64,000 bases of DNA, taken from an uncultured delta proteobacterium (GTDB taxonomy: Bacteria; Desulfobacterota; Binatia; UBA9968). Numbering within the stretch: the stretch's first letter is position 1; each line of letters starts with the position of its first letter. Both the position numbers and the translations under genes were made by a program. The DNA lies in NCBI GenBank assembly GCA_963771465.1, contig CAVYTU010000017.1, positions 640,001 through 704,000 on the forward strand, read 5' to 3'. This document shows positions 9,685-18,832 of the stretch, one piece after another. The notes under the pieces are model-generated. The model searched no databases and was not told where the DNA came from. It worked only from the letters and a program-made list of their open reading frames with translations.

Positions 9685-10656
9685 ATGGTCAGATTGTTTT
9701 TTTGCTGCCTATCGATAACTCTCTTGCTGACAGCTGCTCGGTTGGCCGATGCGCAGCAGCCGGCAACGCTTAAACGTGTGGGTTTTCTCAATCCTGCCGG
9801 ATCGCCATCGGCGAACGTCCAGTCCTTCTATCGGGGCATGCGCGAGTTGGGTTACATCGACGGACAAAATATCACGATCGATTTCCGCACCGGGAGCAAC
9901 CTGAAAGAACTGACTGACTTGGCGGCAGAATTGGTGCGACAGAAAGTCGATGTTATCGTTGCTTCGGGCCCGGCAGTGCCAGTGGCCAGGGCGGTGACGA
10001 ATTCCGTGCCGATCATTTTTGCGTTCAGCGGCGATCCAATCGAAGCGGGTTTCATCGACAGTCTTGCCCGACCGGGACGAAACATGACCGGCATAACTTG
10101 GTTGGCATTCGAGCTGGTTGGTAAACGACTCGAAATACTCAAGGAGGCGGCGCCGAGAGTTACCCGCGTGGCAATCCTGGCCAGCCCTGCGCATGCAGGC
10201 GAACAACGGGAATTGAGGGAGACACGAAAAAGCGCGGACACGCTGAAGATTACTCTGCTGCACAACCATGTGAAAGATGGTGCGGACGTGAATGCTGCAT
10301 TGGAAGCAGCCGTCAAGAAGAACGCCAACGCGTTGCTGGTTTTTCCGGATCCGGTCACCAATGCGCATCGTAAACAGATCACAGAGTTTGCGGTGAAGCG
10401 CCGGCTGCCGACCATGTTTGGCCGGAAAGAGCCCGTCGAGGGCGGCGGTCTGCTATCCTACGGGCCGATCCTTGAAGAGGTATACCGACGAATTCCCGTG
10501 CATGTCGACAAAGTGTTGAAGGGCACCAACCCGGCTGACATCCCGACGGAATTACCGATGGCGTTTGAGTTTGTAATAAATCTAAAAACGGCGAAGCAGA
10601 TAGGTCTGACCATCCCACAGTGGACGCTGATGAAGGCGGATGGGGTCATAAAATGA
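9685..10656 (+). CDS. ABC transporter substrate-binding protein (ABC_sub_bind-like)
   Basis: [32 protein letters not shown]; AGGAG RBS. Confidence 0.93.
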   Translation: MVRLFFCCLSITLLLTAARLADAQQPATLKRVGFLNPAGSPSANVQSFYRGMRELGYIDGQNITIDFRTGSNLKELTDLAAELVRQKVDVIVASGPAVPVARAVTNSVPIIFAFSGDPIEAGFIDSLARPGRNMTGITWLAFELVGKRLEILKEAAPRVTRVAILASPAHAGEQRELRETRKSADTLKITLLHNHVKDGADVNAALEAAVKKNANALLVFPDPVTNAHRKQITEFAVKRRLPTMFGRKEPVEGGGLLSYGPILEEVYRRIPVHVDKVLKGTNPADIPTELPMAFEFVINLKTAKQIGLTIPQWTLMKADGVIK

Positions 10657-10696
10657 CTTTTTGGATTTTCGATTGTGGATTCAGGGAGTCACGGAC

Positions 10697-11737
10697 ATGA
10701 ACGAAGAATTTCGAATTTCCTTTCTTATAATTCACTCCGACAATCGAACATCCAAAATCCAAAATCTAAAATGGGTGGCGATTCTTACGCTCCTCGTCTT
10801 ATCTGTGGGGCGTGTGGAAGTGGCTCAGGCCCAGCAAGCCAAACTCGAGCGCATCGGCGTCATCTATCTTGGCGAAGTATTTGCAACAGTTGTGGATGGC
10901 TTGCGGGCCGGCTTGAAAGAGCTGGGCGTGCAGGAAGGCAAACAGGTGACGCTGGATATCCAGGATCTAAAGGGAGACGCTAAAGCTGCGGCAAGCGTCG
11001 CGGAAAAATTTGAGCAGGACAAGGTCAAGCTCATTTTCACTAACACGTCGCCAGTTACCGATGTGGTCATTAAAGCGACGAAGAACACGCCAATTATTTT
11101 TACGGTGGGCAGCGACCCGATTGCTCTCGGATATATTAAGAACTTCGCCCAACCGGGAGGCCGACTGACTGGTATCCAGTACTTGGCGCGCGATCTTACC
11201 GGTAAACGGTTGGAGATTCTCAAAGAGTTTCTGCCCAATCTGCGTCAGGTGATTGTGTTCTACGATGCCGATAACTCGGTTTCGGCCGAGGGTGCGAAGC
11301 TCGCGCGCGCCGAAGCGCAACGAGTGAAGATCAAGCTGGTAGAGCGTCAGGTGAAGTCTATTAACGAACTCAATGCTGCGCTTGACGCACTAAAAGTCGG
11401 CGAGTTCGACGCCTACTTGTACATGCCCGACGCCATGGTGGTGAGTCAGTCGCAGCGGGTAGTTGACGTCGCGCGCACGAAAAAGTTACCAACGATGTTT
11501 CACGATCAGGTCGTGGTCGCGCGCGGCGGTCTGGCGAGCTACGGACAGAGTTATTATGAAATCGGCTGGCGCGCGGCCAAATACGTTCAGCATGTGCTTG
11601 CCGGCAAGCCGCCGGCTGAGTTGAGAGTAGAGACCATCGAGGATGTGGAACTGGCGTTTAACTTGACCACGGCCAAGCAGATCGGCGTGACGATTCCGCC
11701 CAATGTGCTGGCGCGGGCGAAAAAGGTGATTAGATAA
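10697..11737 (+). CDS. ABC transporter substrate-binding protein (ABC_sub_bind-like)
   Basis: FAQPGGRLTG, KRLEILKE, GGLASYG, TAKQIGVTIPPNVLARA; GGGAG before ATG 10697. Confidence 0.92.
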   Translation: MNEEFRISFLIIHSDNRTSKIQNLKWVAILTLLVLSVGRVEVAQAQQAKLERIGVIYLGEVFATVVDGLRAGLKELGVQEGKQVTLDIQDLKGDAKAAASVAEKFEQDKVKLIFTNTSPVTDVVIKATKNTPIIFTVGSDPIALGYIKNFAQPGGRLTGIQYLARDLTGKRLEILKEFLPNLRQVIVFYDADNSVSAEGAKLARAEAQRVKIKLVERQVKSINELNAALDALKVGEFDAYLYMPDAMVVSQSQRVVDVARTKKLPTMFHDQVVVARGGLASYGQSYYEIGWRAAKYVQHVLAGKPPAELRVETIEDVELAFNLTTAKQIGVTIPPNVLARAKKVIR

Positions 11738-11877
11738 GACCTGACGAGGACAGGTGAATGGTGCGTGGTTAGGCGTGGGCGGTTGGCGCGAAATACTTGC
11801 GGATTTGACGAGACAAGCGCGAAGACAAAATGCTATCCATTCGGCAACGCAGTTTGGCTGTACCGGAGGTAAGTTTA

Positions 11878-12867
11878 ATGACGATTACACGATGGAAGCG
11901 CACTCTGCTTTGCCTGATCGTGATCAGCCTAGCGATGGGAATGGTTACGCGTCCTGCGTTGGCGGCTGAGTCGAAACGCTTTCTCGTCAGCTACGGTGGC
12001 ACCGCCGGCTACCAACTGCCGTTATGGGTCAATCGCGAATTGGGGTTCAGCAAGAAGTACGGCGTCGATCTGGAAATCATTCTGATCCAGGCCGGTTCAC
12101 CGAATATTCAGGCTCTACTCGGGGGCAGTCTACAGTTGACGCAGACAGCGGCGTCATCGGCGGTGATCGGCGCCAATCAAGGGGCGCCGGTGGTGATCGT
12201 CGCGACGCTGGAAAATCGCCTGCCGATGCTACTCATCTCTCGCCCTGAGATCAAAGAACCGCAGCAACTGCGCGGCAAGGTCATCGGCATCAATCGATTC
12301 GGCGGCTCTAACGACGCGGCGATCCTGATGGCGCTCAAAGCTTGGAAGATGGAACCTAAAGATATCTCGATGTTGCAAACCGGCGGCACTTCGGCGCGCA
12401 TGGCGGCCCTGATGACCAAGCGTGTCGATGCCACGGTGCAGTCCTATCCGGAAATTTATCAAGCGCGCAAGCTTGGTATGAACGTATTGGCCGACATCGG
12501 CGAATTCGGCTACTACACCAACACGTCGAACATCGTCACGCGTTCCTATTTGCAACAGAATCGCGCCGCGATAAAGGGATTCATCAAAGGCCAGATCGAG
12601 GGCATGCATTACGTCAAGACCAATAAAGAAGGGAGCCTCAAGATTCTCCGTAAACACCTGCAGATCACGGACACGGAAGCGGTCGAGGGCACTTACGAAT
12701 TTTTCGCCAAGCGCTTGGCGCGTTCACCGCGCACGGAATTGGAAGGAATCAAGAATATTCTGACTTCCATCGACGCCGGCCAGAAAAATCCGGCGGATTT
12801 CATCGACATGAGCCTGATCGACGAGATCGAAAAAGAAGGGTTTGTGCAGAAACTCTACGGGCCATAA
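11878..12867 (+). CDS. SsuA/NMT1-like ABC substrate-binding protein
   Basis: Signal peptide; LRGKVIGINRFGG, FIDMSLIDEIEKEGF; GGAGG RBS. Confidence 0.9.
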   Translation: MTITRWKRTLLCLIVISLAMGMVTRPALAAESKRFLVSYGGTAGYQLPLWVNRELGFSKKYGVDLEIILIQAGSPNIQALLGGSLQLTQTAASSAVIGANQGAPVVIVATLENRLPMLLISRPEIKEPQQLRGKVIGINRFGGSNDAAILMALKAWKMEPKDISMLQTGGTSARMAALMTKRVDATVQSYPEIYQARKLGMNVLADIGEFGYYTNTSNIVTRSYLQQNRAAIKGFIKGQIEGMHYVKTNKEGSLKILRKHLQITDTEAVEGTYEFFAKRLARSPRTELEGIKNILTSIDAGQKNPADFIDMSLIDEIEKEGFVQKLYGP

Positions 12868-12871
12868 GAAA

Positions 12872-12954
12872 TGGAGTGTTGGAATGGTGGAGTATTGGAG
12901 TGATGGCTTCTGATCCGGCCCAATACTCCAACACTCCAGTACTCCATCACTCCA
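12872..12954. repeat. Octamer-period inverted repeat element (TGGAGTRT)n...(AYACTCCA)n
   Basis: tggagtgt tggaatgg tggagtat tggagtga tgg ... ccaatact ccaacact ccagtact ccatcact cca. Confidence 0.9.
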
Positions 12955-12973
12955 ATTAATCGTTGGGAAAGGG

Positions 12974-13972
12974 GTGGCGACGGTGTCGACAAAGCTTAGA
13001 CTGTCGGTCGCGTGCGGCGACTATGAGATCATCCGCGCGCTTAAAGACGGAACGGTGCAAGCCGACGGACTTGAGCTTGTTATACTCACCAGCCACGGAC
13101 CACGCGAGCGTCACTGGCGCATGGCGCGTAATCTCGAGTATGACGTCTGCGAGTTCAACGTCGGCGCCTACTTTATGGCGCGGGAGCACGGTGTAGCCAT
13201 TGCCGGCCTGCCGGTGTTTCTCCACCGGCGATTTCGCCACGGCTTTGCTTTTGTCAACGTCAACGCCGGCATTCAGACGCCGAAAGATTTGATCGGCAAG
13301 CGGGTCGGCGGGACAAATTTTCAACCGGCGGGAAATATTTGGCTGCGCGGTATTCTCGAAGAACAGCACGGCGTACCGCACCAGTCGATCACTTGGGTGG
13401 TCGATCGCAGCGAAGATGTCGAATTCACGCCGCCGCTGGGACTGAAGATCGAGATGATTCCCGCTGGGAAGCATATGGACACGATGCTTGCCGAGGGCGA
13501 GATCCCAGCGATGATCAATCCCTACATTCCCCGACCTATCGTCAATAACGACCCGCGCGTGACCCGGCTTTTCCCCGATTACAAACAAGTCGAGCGCGAC
13601 TATTTTCACCAAACCGGCATCTTCCCGATCATGCATGTGACCGTGATCAAGCAAGAGCTCGTTGATAAGTATCCCTGGGCGGCGGTGAGCTTGGCGAAAG
13701 CCTTCGAGAAAGCTAAACAACTCTGTTACCAGCGCGTGGTCAATCCACGCATCGTACCGCTCGCGTGGTTCTCGCATCAGTGGGATGAAGAACGTAAAGT
13801 GCTCGGCCCCGATCCATGGGCGTATGGCTTGGGCGAGGCGAACCGAAAGAATCTAACGACGATTCTTCGCTATTGTCATCAGCAAGGACTGATCAAGCGA
13901 GAAAAGTCGATCGAGGAACTATTCGTCGATACCGATCCCGGGGATGCAGGTGGAGATGAGGGGCATTACTAA
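12974..13972 (+). CDS. 4,5-dihydroxyphthalate decarboxylase-like protein (PBP2 fold, no signal peptide)
   Basis: LSVACGDY, PVFLHRRFRH, TGIFPIMHVTVI, GPDPWAYGL...NRKNL motifs. Confidence 0.8.
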   Translation: MATVSTKLRLSVACGDYEIIRALKDGTVQADGLELVILTSHGPRERHWRMARNLEYDVCEFNVGAYFMAREHGVAIAGLPVFLHRRFRHGFAFVNVNAGIQTPKDLIGKRVGGTNFQPAGNIWLRGILEEQHGVPHQSITWVVDRSEDVEFTPPLGLKIEMIPAGKHMDTMLAEGEIPAMINPYIPRPIVNNDPRVTRLFPDYKQVERDYFHQTGIFPIMHVTVIKQELVDKYPWAAVSLAKAFEKAKQLCYQRVVNPRIVPLAWFSHQWDEERKVLGPDPWAYGLGEANRKNLTTILRYCHQQGLIKREKSIEELFVDTDPGDAGGDEGHY

Positions 13973-14053
13973 GAATTTGCACGATGAACGAAACGAAGTA
14001 GAGGCAAAATTCATCGCGCTTTCAGTCAAAACGCGCGCCGGTAGAAGGAATAC

Positions 14054-15076
14054 ATGACAAACTTCTCGCCTCCGATACATAAAATCTTTAGCACGGCGCT
14101 GTGCCTGGCGTTCGTGTTTACCGCGCCAGTTGTTGGCGCCGCCGAGGCGCCGCAAAAATTGCGCGTCGCTTATGCGGCGATCACGGCGGCGTTTTCGGTC
14201 CCATGGATCGCCAAGGAAGCCGGGATATTTCAGCGTCATGGTTTGGACGTCGAGTTAGTTTACATCGCCTCCGGCTCGCGAGCCGTGCAGACTCTAGTCG
14301 GCGGCAGCATCGATATCGCCGCCATCGGTGGCCCGGCGGGCGTTGACGCTAAGTTGGCGGGAGCCGATACAGTTTACGTTGCGATTCCAGTTAACCAGGT
14401 GCTGGTGTTCACGGTGACCGCGCCGCAAATCCAACGCATCGAAGACATGCGCGGCAAGAGCATCGGCGTAACCCGCATCGGCACCGTCACCGATTTCTTC
14501 ACTCGATTGTATTTGCGTCAGAACAATTTGGTGCCCGACAAAGATGTCATGATCCGGCAGGCCGGGGGTTTGCCGGAGATCGTCGCTGCGCTCAAAGCCG
14601 GACAGATTCACGGTGGGACATTCGGTTTTCCCGCCGTACTGCACGCTCGCGCCGCCGGGTTTCGCGTGCTGGTCGACTACAACACGGCGGGATATCGTTA
14701 TCCGCTTTCCACGGTGATTGTGACGCAAAAATTGCTACGGACCCGAGAATCGGCAGTGCGCCGGTTTCTCGAAGCTCATATCGAGGCCGTACATCGTTTC
14801 AAAACCGATCCGGAGCTGGCGATGAAGGTGATCGGTAAATACACGCAGACCACCGACCGGGCGATGCTGGAAGAAACTCAACGGGTTTATGCTTCGGCGC
14901 TCGAACGAGTGCCGTACCCCGACATCGAGGATATGAAGCTGGGTCTAACTCAGGTCGCGGAAACGAACCCGCGCGTACGCGGCGTTGACCCGAAAGAATT
15001 TGTCGATGGCCGTCTTCTGCGCGAGATCGAAGCGAGCGGCTACGTCAAACGGCTCTATGGCGAGCAGGCAAAATGA
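14054..15076 (+). CDS. SsuA/NMT1-like ABC substrate-binding protein
   Basis: Signal peptide; WIAKEAGIFQRHGLDVELV, GKSIGVTRIG. Confidence 0.9.
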   Translation: MTNFSPPIHKIFSTALCLAFVFTAPVVGAAEAPQKLRVAYAAITAAFSVPWIAKEAGIFQRHGLDVELVYIASGSRAVQTLVGGSIDIAAIGGPAGVDAKLAGADTVYVAIPVNQVLVFTVTAPQIQRIEDMRGKSIGVTRIGTVTDFFTRLYLRQNNLVPDKDVMIRQAGGLPEIVAALKAGQIHGGTFGFPAVLHARAAGFRVLVDYNTAGYRYPLSTVIVTQKLLRTRESAVRRFLEAHIEAVHRFKTDPELAMKVIGKYTQTTDRAMLEETQRVYASALERVPYPDIEDMKLGLTQVAETNPRVRGVDPKEFVDGRLLREIEASGYVKRLYGEQAK

Positions 15077-15120
15077 ACGGGCGTAAGGAGGGATAACCAC
15101 AAGCGCACAAAGGGCAAAAA

Positions 15121-15146
15121 GTAGGGGCGCGATTCATCGCGCCCCT
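15121..15146 (+). repeat. GTAG-type REP palindrome between convergent genes
   Basis: gtag gggcgcgat tc atcgcgccc ct. Confidence 0.75.
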
Positions 15147-15278
15147 TGAGGGAAGACGACAATCATAACACCTTCGGCAAGCGCCACGCGTTTCCCTATA
15201 AAATCGCGTACTTTTCAATATTGGAACAATGCAGCGCTTGAATTTTCTCAACATCCATCCAGTCGCTGATCTTAGTCA

Positions 15279-16268
15279 TTATTTGTTAAATACGCCGCTC
15301 TTTTCCAATTCGACCAAGTAGCGCCGGTCGATCATGTCCGCGGGTTTGATCGCTTTCGCCCGCGGATCGGTGGGCGCGATCTCATCAAGACTTGCTTGTA
15401 GGGCCGCGTCGTGGATCTCCAGACGACGCTCCATCGCTTGGATTTCGGAATTATACGACGCGTCGAGAACTTTCTGGTCGGTGATGCGGAGGTATTTGCC
15501 GAGCACCTTGTAAAGTAAAGCTCGGTCGCTGTGCATGAGCTTGGAAGCTTCGGCCATCGCACGCATGAAACGGCCGATCACCGGGCCGCGTTTGTTGATC
15601 AGCGAGCGCAGCACGACGACACAGGTCGCGGCGTAGGGAATCTTCAGATCGAAGCCATTGACGACATAGCGATAGCCCTTAGACGCGACTTGGAAATCCC
15701 CCGGCGCCACTAGCCCCGCGGCGTCGACGTTGCCGCCAAGAAGCGACGCTACGGTCTCCGGGCCGCCGCCGGTTTGAATCGTTTGAATGTCGCGGCTGGC
15801 GTCCATGCCCAGGCGCTTTAACGCTTGTATGACGAAATAGTGCGTGTTGCCGCCGAAGCGCCCGACGGCAACTTTTTTGCCTTTGAGATCTTGCGGGGTT
15901 TTGATGTCAGCCTTGCCCATGATGCTGTGGGTCAAAAAGTTTTTCATGCCGCCGATAAAGACGAGATCGGTGTTGCCTTGAACGATAGCGCGAACGTTGC
16001 CGACGGCGCCGGTGACGCCGATATCGGCGTCGCCGCTCAAAGTCGCGGCGGTGGCGACCGGCGACGACGGAATGAAAACCAGATTGAAATCGATGTCGTA
16101 TTTCTTGAAAAGGCCGGCTTCTCGCGCGATCCACGGCATCGACTGGGACATGACTTGCGCCGAATGCAGGCCGATGAGCCGGTCGGCGCCACAGGCGAGG
16201 CTTGGCAACTGGCTGGTGATGGCCGTTGCCAGCAGGGTAAGAGAATAGAATTTGATGGCAACTTTCAT
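15279..16268 (-). CDS. SsuA/NMT1-like ABC substrate-binding protein
   Basis: Signal peptide; WIAREAGLFKKY, DLKGKKVAVGRFGG; AGGAGG RBS. Confidence 0.9.
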   Translation of the reverse strand: MKVAIKFYSLTLLATAITSQLPSLACGADRLIGLHSAQVMSQSMPWIAREAGLFKKYDIDFNLVFIPSSPVATAATLSGDADIGVTGAVGNVRAIVQGNTDLVFIGGMKNFLTHSIMGKADIKTPQDLKGKKVAVGRFGGNTHYFVIQALKRLGMDASRDIQTIQTGGGPETVASLLGGNVDAAGLVAPGDFQVASKGYRYVVNGFDLKIPYAATCVVVLRSLINKRGPVIGRFMRAMAEASKLMHSDRALLYKVLGKYLRITDQKVLDASYNSEIQAMERRLEIHDAALQASLDEIAPTDPRAKAIKPADMIDRRYLVELEKSGVFNK

Positions 16269-16282
16269 AATCGAGGTCCTCC

Positions 16283-17585
16283 TTATCGCATCAGTACGGC
16301 TAACGATTCAACGTGAAAGGTGTGCGGGAAAAAGTCGATTGGCTGCACGGCGCTCAGCTTATAACCGAACTTGCAGAGGGCGGCAAGGTCGCGCGCCAAG
16401 GTGCTCGGGTTGCACGAGACGTAGAGAATCATCTCGGCGCCGAGCGCGGCTAAATCCGCTTCGATGCCTTTCGCTCCTGTGCGCGGCGGATCGAGCACGA
16501 TCTTGGAGAATGTTCGCCGTTGCCGTTTGAACTGAGCGACCGCCTGCGGCACGGCGGCGCACACCCAGTCGATGTTTTCGACACGATAGTTCTGCGCGTT
16601 GAGTTTAGCGTTGGCGAGCCCGGCGCGATGGCCCTCGACGGCGACGATCTGTTTGGCTCGGCGCGCCAGCGGCAGGGTGAAATTACCGGCGCCGCAATAG
16701 AGCTCCAGAACTTGATCGCGCTCGTGAAAATGACCGGCGGCTAAGAGCTGATCGAGCATCTGGCGATTTCCTGTGGCATTCACTTGGGTGAAGACATCCG
16801 CGTCAACCTGGAGCGTGAGCTCGTCTTGTAGTTTGACCGTGATCAGAGTTCGTCCGTAAACTTTACGGCCCGCGGGCGCCAGTACGATCAGGCCGCTTAT
16901 TGAGTTGTTTTCACCCACCAGCCGCTCGCAAGCCGATTCATCGCTTGCCAAGAACGAGTCGACGGGCTGGGCAACGACGACGAGCTCATCAACTTCATCG
17001 CCGGCAACCAACTCCAAATGTTCCATCACACTGTTTAACTCTCGTGAGCCAACGCCTCAGCGGTTGGATCACCGCGTTCAAGCGGGTATCGGCGATTAGG
17101 CAGGTGTCGATCTCGACGACGCTGTGGGAGCCGGCCGCAAAAAAACCCAAGCCACTCGCCGCGCCGATCTGTAGTCGAATCCGCCGGCGATAGTGATATT
17201 CGTCAGCGGACGGCATGATCGGTCGCAGATCGAAGTCACTCAGTTTGCCGATTCGCCGGAGCGCGTCTGCGAGGCTCTGCTGCTTCGCTTTGAGCTGTGC
17301 TTCGTAACGCAAATGTTGCCAGGAGCAACCACCACAGCGGCCGACATAGGAGCACGGTGGTGTTTGCCGCAGCGGCGAAGGTTCAATGAGTCGAATAATT
17401 TCGCCGATGGCATAGCGTTTCTTGGATTCGACAACTCGCGCGACGATCTCGTCGCCCGGCGCGGTGTCGGGAATCATCACCGCCTTGCCAGCCAATCGGC
17501 CGATACCGTAGGGCCCGTAGGCAAGCGCGTCGATAACGATCTCGACCTCTGGTTTGAGTGCTGTTTTCGCGTTAGTCTGTGCCAT
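16283..17585 (-). CDS. rlmD: 23S rRNA m5U methyltransferase (RlmD/TrmA family), split by a frameshift near 17040-17046
   Basis: TRAM domain, CSYVGRCGGC Fe-S motif, FTQVN, ELYCGAGNF, LDPPRTG, YVSCNPSTLARD, DFFPHTFHVE across two ORFs. Confidence 0.85.
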
Positions 17586-17615
17586 CGGTGCTAATTGCAA
17601 CAACGAATCAAGAGG

Positions 17616-17694
17616 AATTAACCACAAAGGGCATAAAGAACACAAAGGGTCTTTAGCATAAGCTTTGCGAACTTTGCGTTCTTGACGGTTAATT
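17616..17694. repeat. 9-bp-period inverted repeat element
   Basis: aattaac cacaaaggg cataaagaa cacaaaggg ... ctttgcgaa ctttgcgtt cttgacggttaatt; half copies near 7158, 15094, 21421, 29351. Confidence 0.8.
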
Positions 17695-17703
17695 ATTCCG
17701 ATC

Positions 17704-18069
17704 ATGGAACCACAGGACGACCCGAGATTTCTTAAGGGCATCGACGAGTTCAACCAGCAGCTTTTTTTCGAGTGTCATGAAACTCTCGAAGAGATCTGGC
17801 TGGAGGAGCGCGGCGAGGACCGAAAGTTTTATCAAGGCATCATTCAGATCGCCGCCGGTTACTATAAGTTGCAGCAAGGAGTGCCGGTCGGCGCGATCAA
17901 ACTGTGGCGCACCGGGATCGAAAAGGTTGTGCCCTTTGCTCCGGTATATCTCGGCGTCAACGTCGATACTTTGGTCACGGCTGTGCGCGCCAACCTCGCC
18001 CAGCTGGAATCCGGTCAACCCCATACGACTGATACTTTGGTGCCGCCAACCATCAATCTGCTCTGTTAG
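17704..18069 (+). CDS. DUF309 domain protein
   Basis: GIDEFN..FFECHETLEEIW, YQGIIQIAAG motifs. Confidence 0.88.
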   Translation: MEPQDDPRFLKGIDEFNQQLFFECHETLEEIWLEERGEDRKFYQGIIQIAAGYYKLQQGVPVGAIKLWRTGIEKVVPFAPVYLGVNVDTLVTAVRANLAQLESGQPHTTDTLVPPTINLLC

Positions 18070-18078
18070 CTTCACTGC

Positions 18079-18744
18079 ATGATCCGCTGCCGCGACGTTT
18101 GCAAAATCTACCAGCAAGGTGAGAACGAGATCACGGCGCTTGCCGGTGTATCGTTGGAAATTCCCGCCGGCTCGTTCGCTGCGGTGATGGGGCAGAGCGG
18201 CTCGGGGAAGAGCACGCTGCTCCATTTGATCGGTGGCTTGGAACGGCCGACGCGCGGTGAATTATTGGTCGACGGCCGCTTGATCGGGCAGATGGCGGAC
18301 GATCAAGTGACACTTTTTCGGCGTACGCAGATCGGTTTTGTTTTTCAATTCTTTAATCTTCTGCCGACATTGACGGCAATGGAAAATATCGCGCTGCCGT
18401 TCGTCCTCGACGGCCGGCCCAAGTCCGAAGCTGATGGGCGAGCGGCGTCACTTCTCGTGAAAGTCGGTCTCGATAAACGTAAAGATCATCTCCCGGCGGA
18501 ACTTTCCGGCGGCGAAATCCAGCGTGTCGCGATCGCGCGCGCGTTGTCGTTCAGCCCGCCGATTCTTCTCGCCGACGAGCCAACGGGCAACCTCGATTCG
18601 ACAAACGGCGCGGCGATTCTCGATTTGCTGCGCCAGATCAACCAAGAAGACAATTGTACCGTCGTCATTGTGACCCATAGCGAAGCAGCGGCGAGCTATG
18701 CGGAGCGGAAGATTTATTTGCGCGACGGGCGGGTAGAGATCTGA
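18079..18744 (+). CDS. ABC exporter ATP-binding protein (LolD/MacB-like)
   Basis: GQSGSGKST, LSGGEIQRVAIARAL, LADEPTGNLD. Confidence 0.95.
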   Translation: MIRCRDVCKIYQQGENEITALAGVSLEIPAGSFAAVMGQSGSGKSTLLHLIGGLERPTRGELLVDGRLIGQMADDQVTLFRRTQIGFVFQFFNLLPTLTAMENIALPFVLDGRPKSEADGRAASLLVKVGLDKRKDHLPAELSGGEIQRVAIARALSFSPPILLADEPTGNLDSTNGAAILDLLRQINQEDNCTVVIVTHSEAAASYAERKIYLRDGRVEI

Positions 18745-18810
18745 GGTCGGAGGACAGCAGTCGGAGGTCAGAGATCGGATGTCTGACGGCTGATCTCTGA
18801 CTGATGACCC
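18737..18810. repeat. Heptamer-period inverted repeat element (AGRTCRG)n...(CTGAYYT)n
   Basis: agatctg aggtcgg aggacag cagtcgg aggtcag agatcgg ... ctgatct ctgactg. Confidence 0.75.
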
Positions 18811-18832
18811 CAAATTTTCAGTTAAAGCGGCC

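Noticed and set aside
12872-12954. CRISPR-like appearance of repeat arrays
   Set aside because: Units are 7-9 bp and contiguous with no unique spacers; no cas genes
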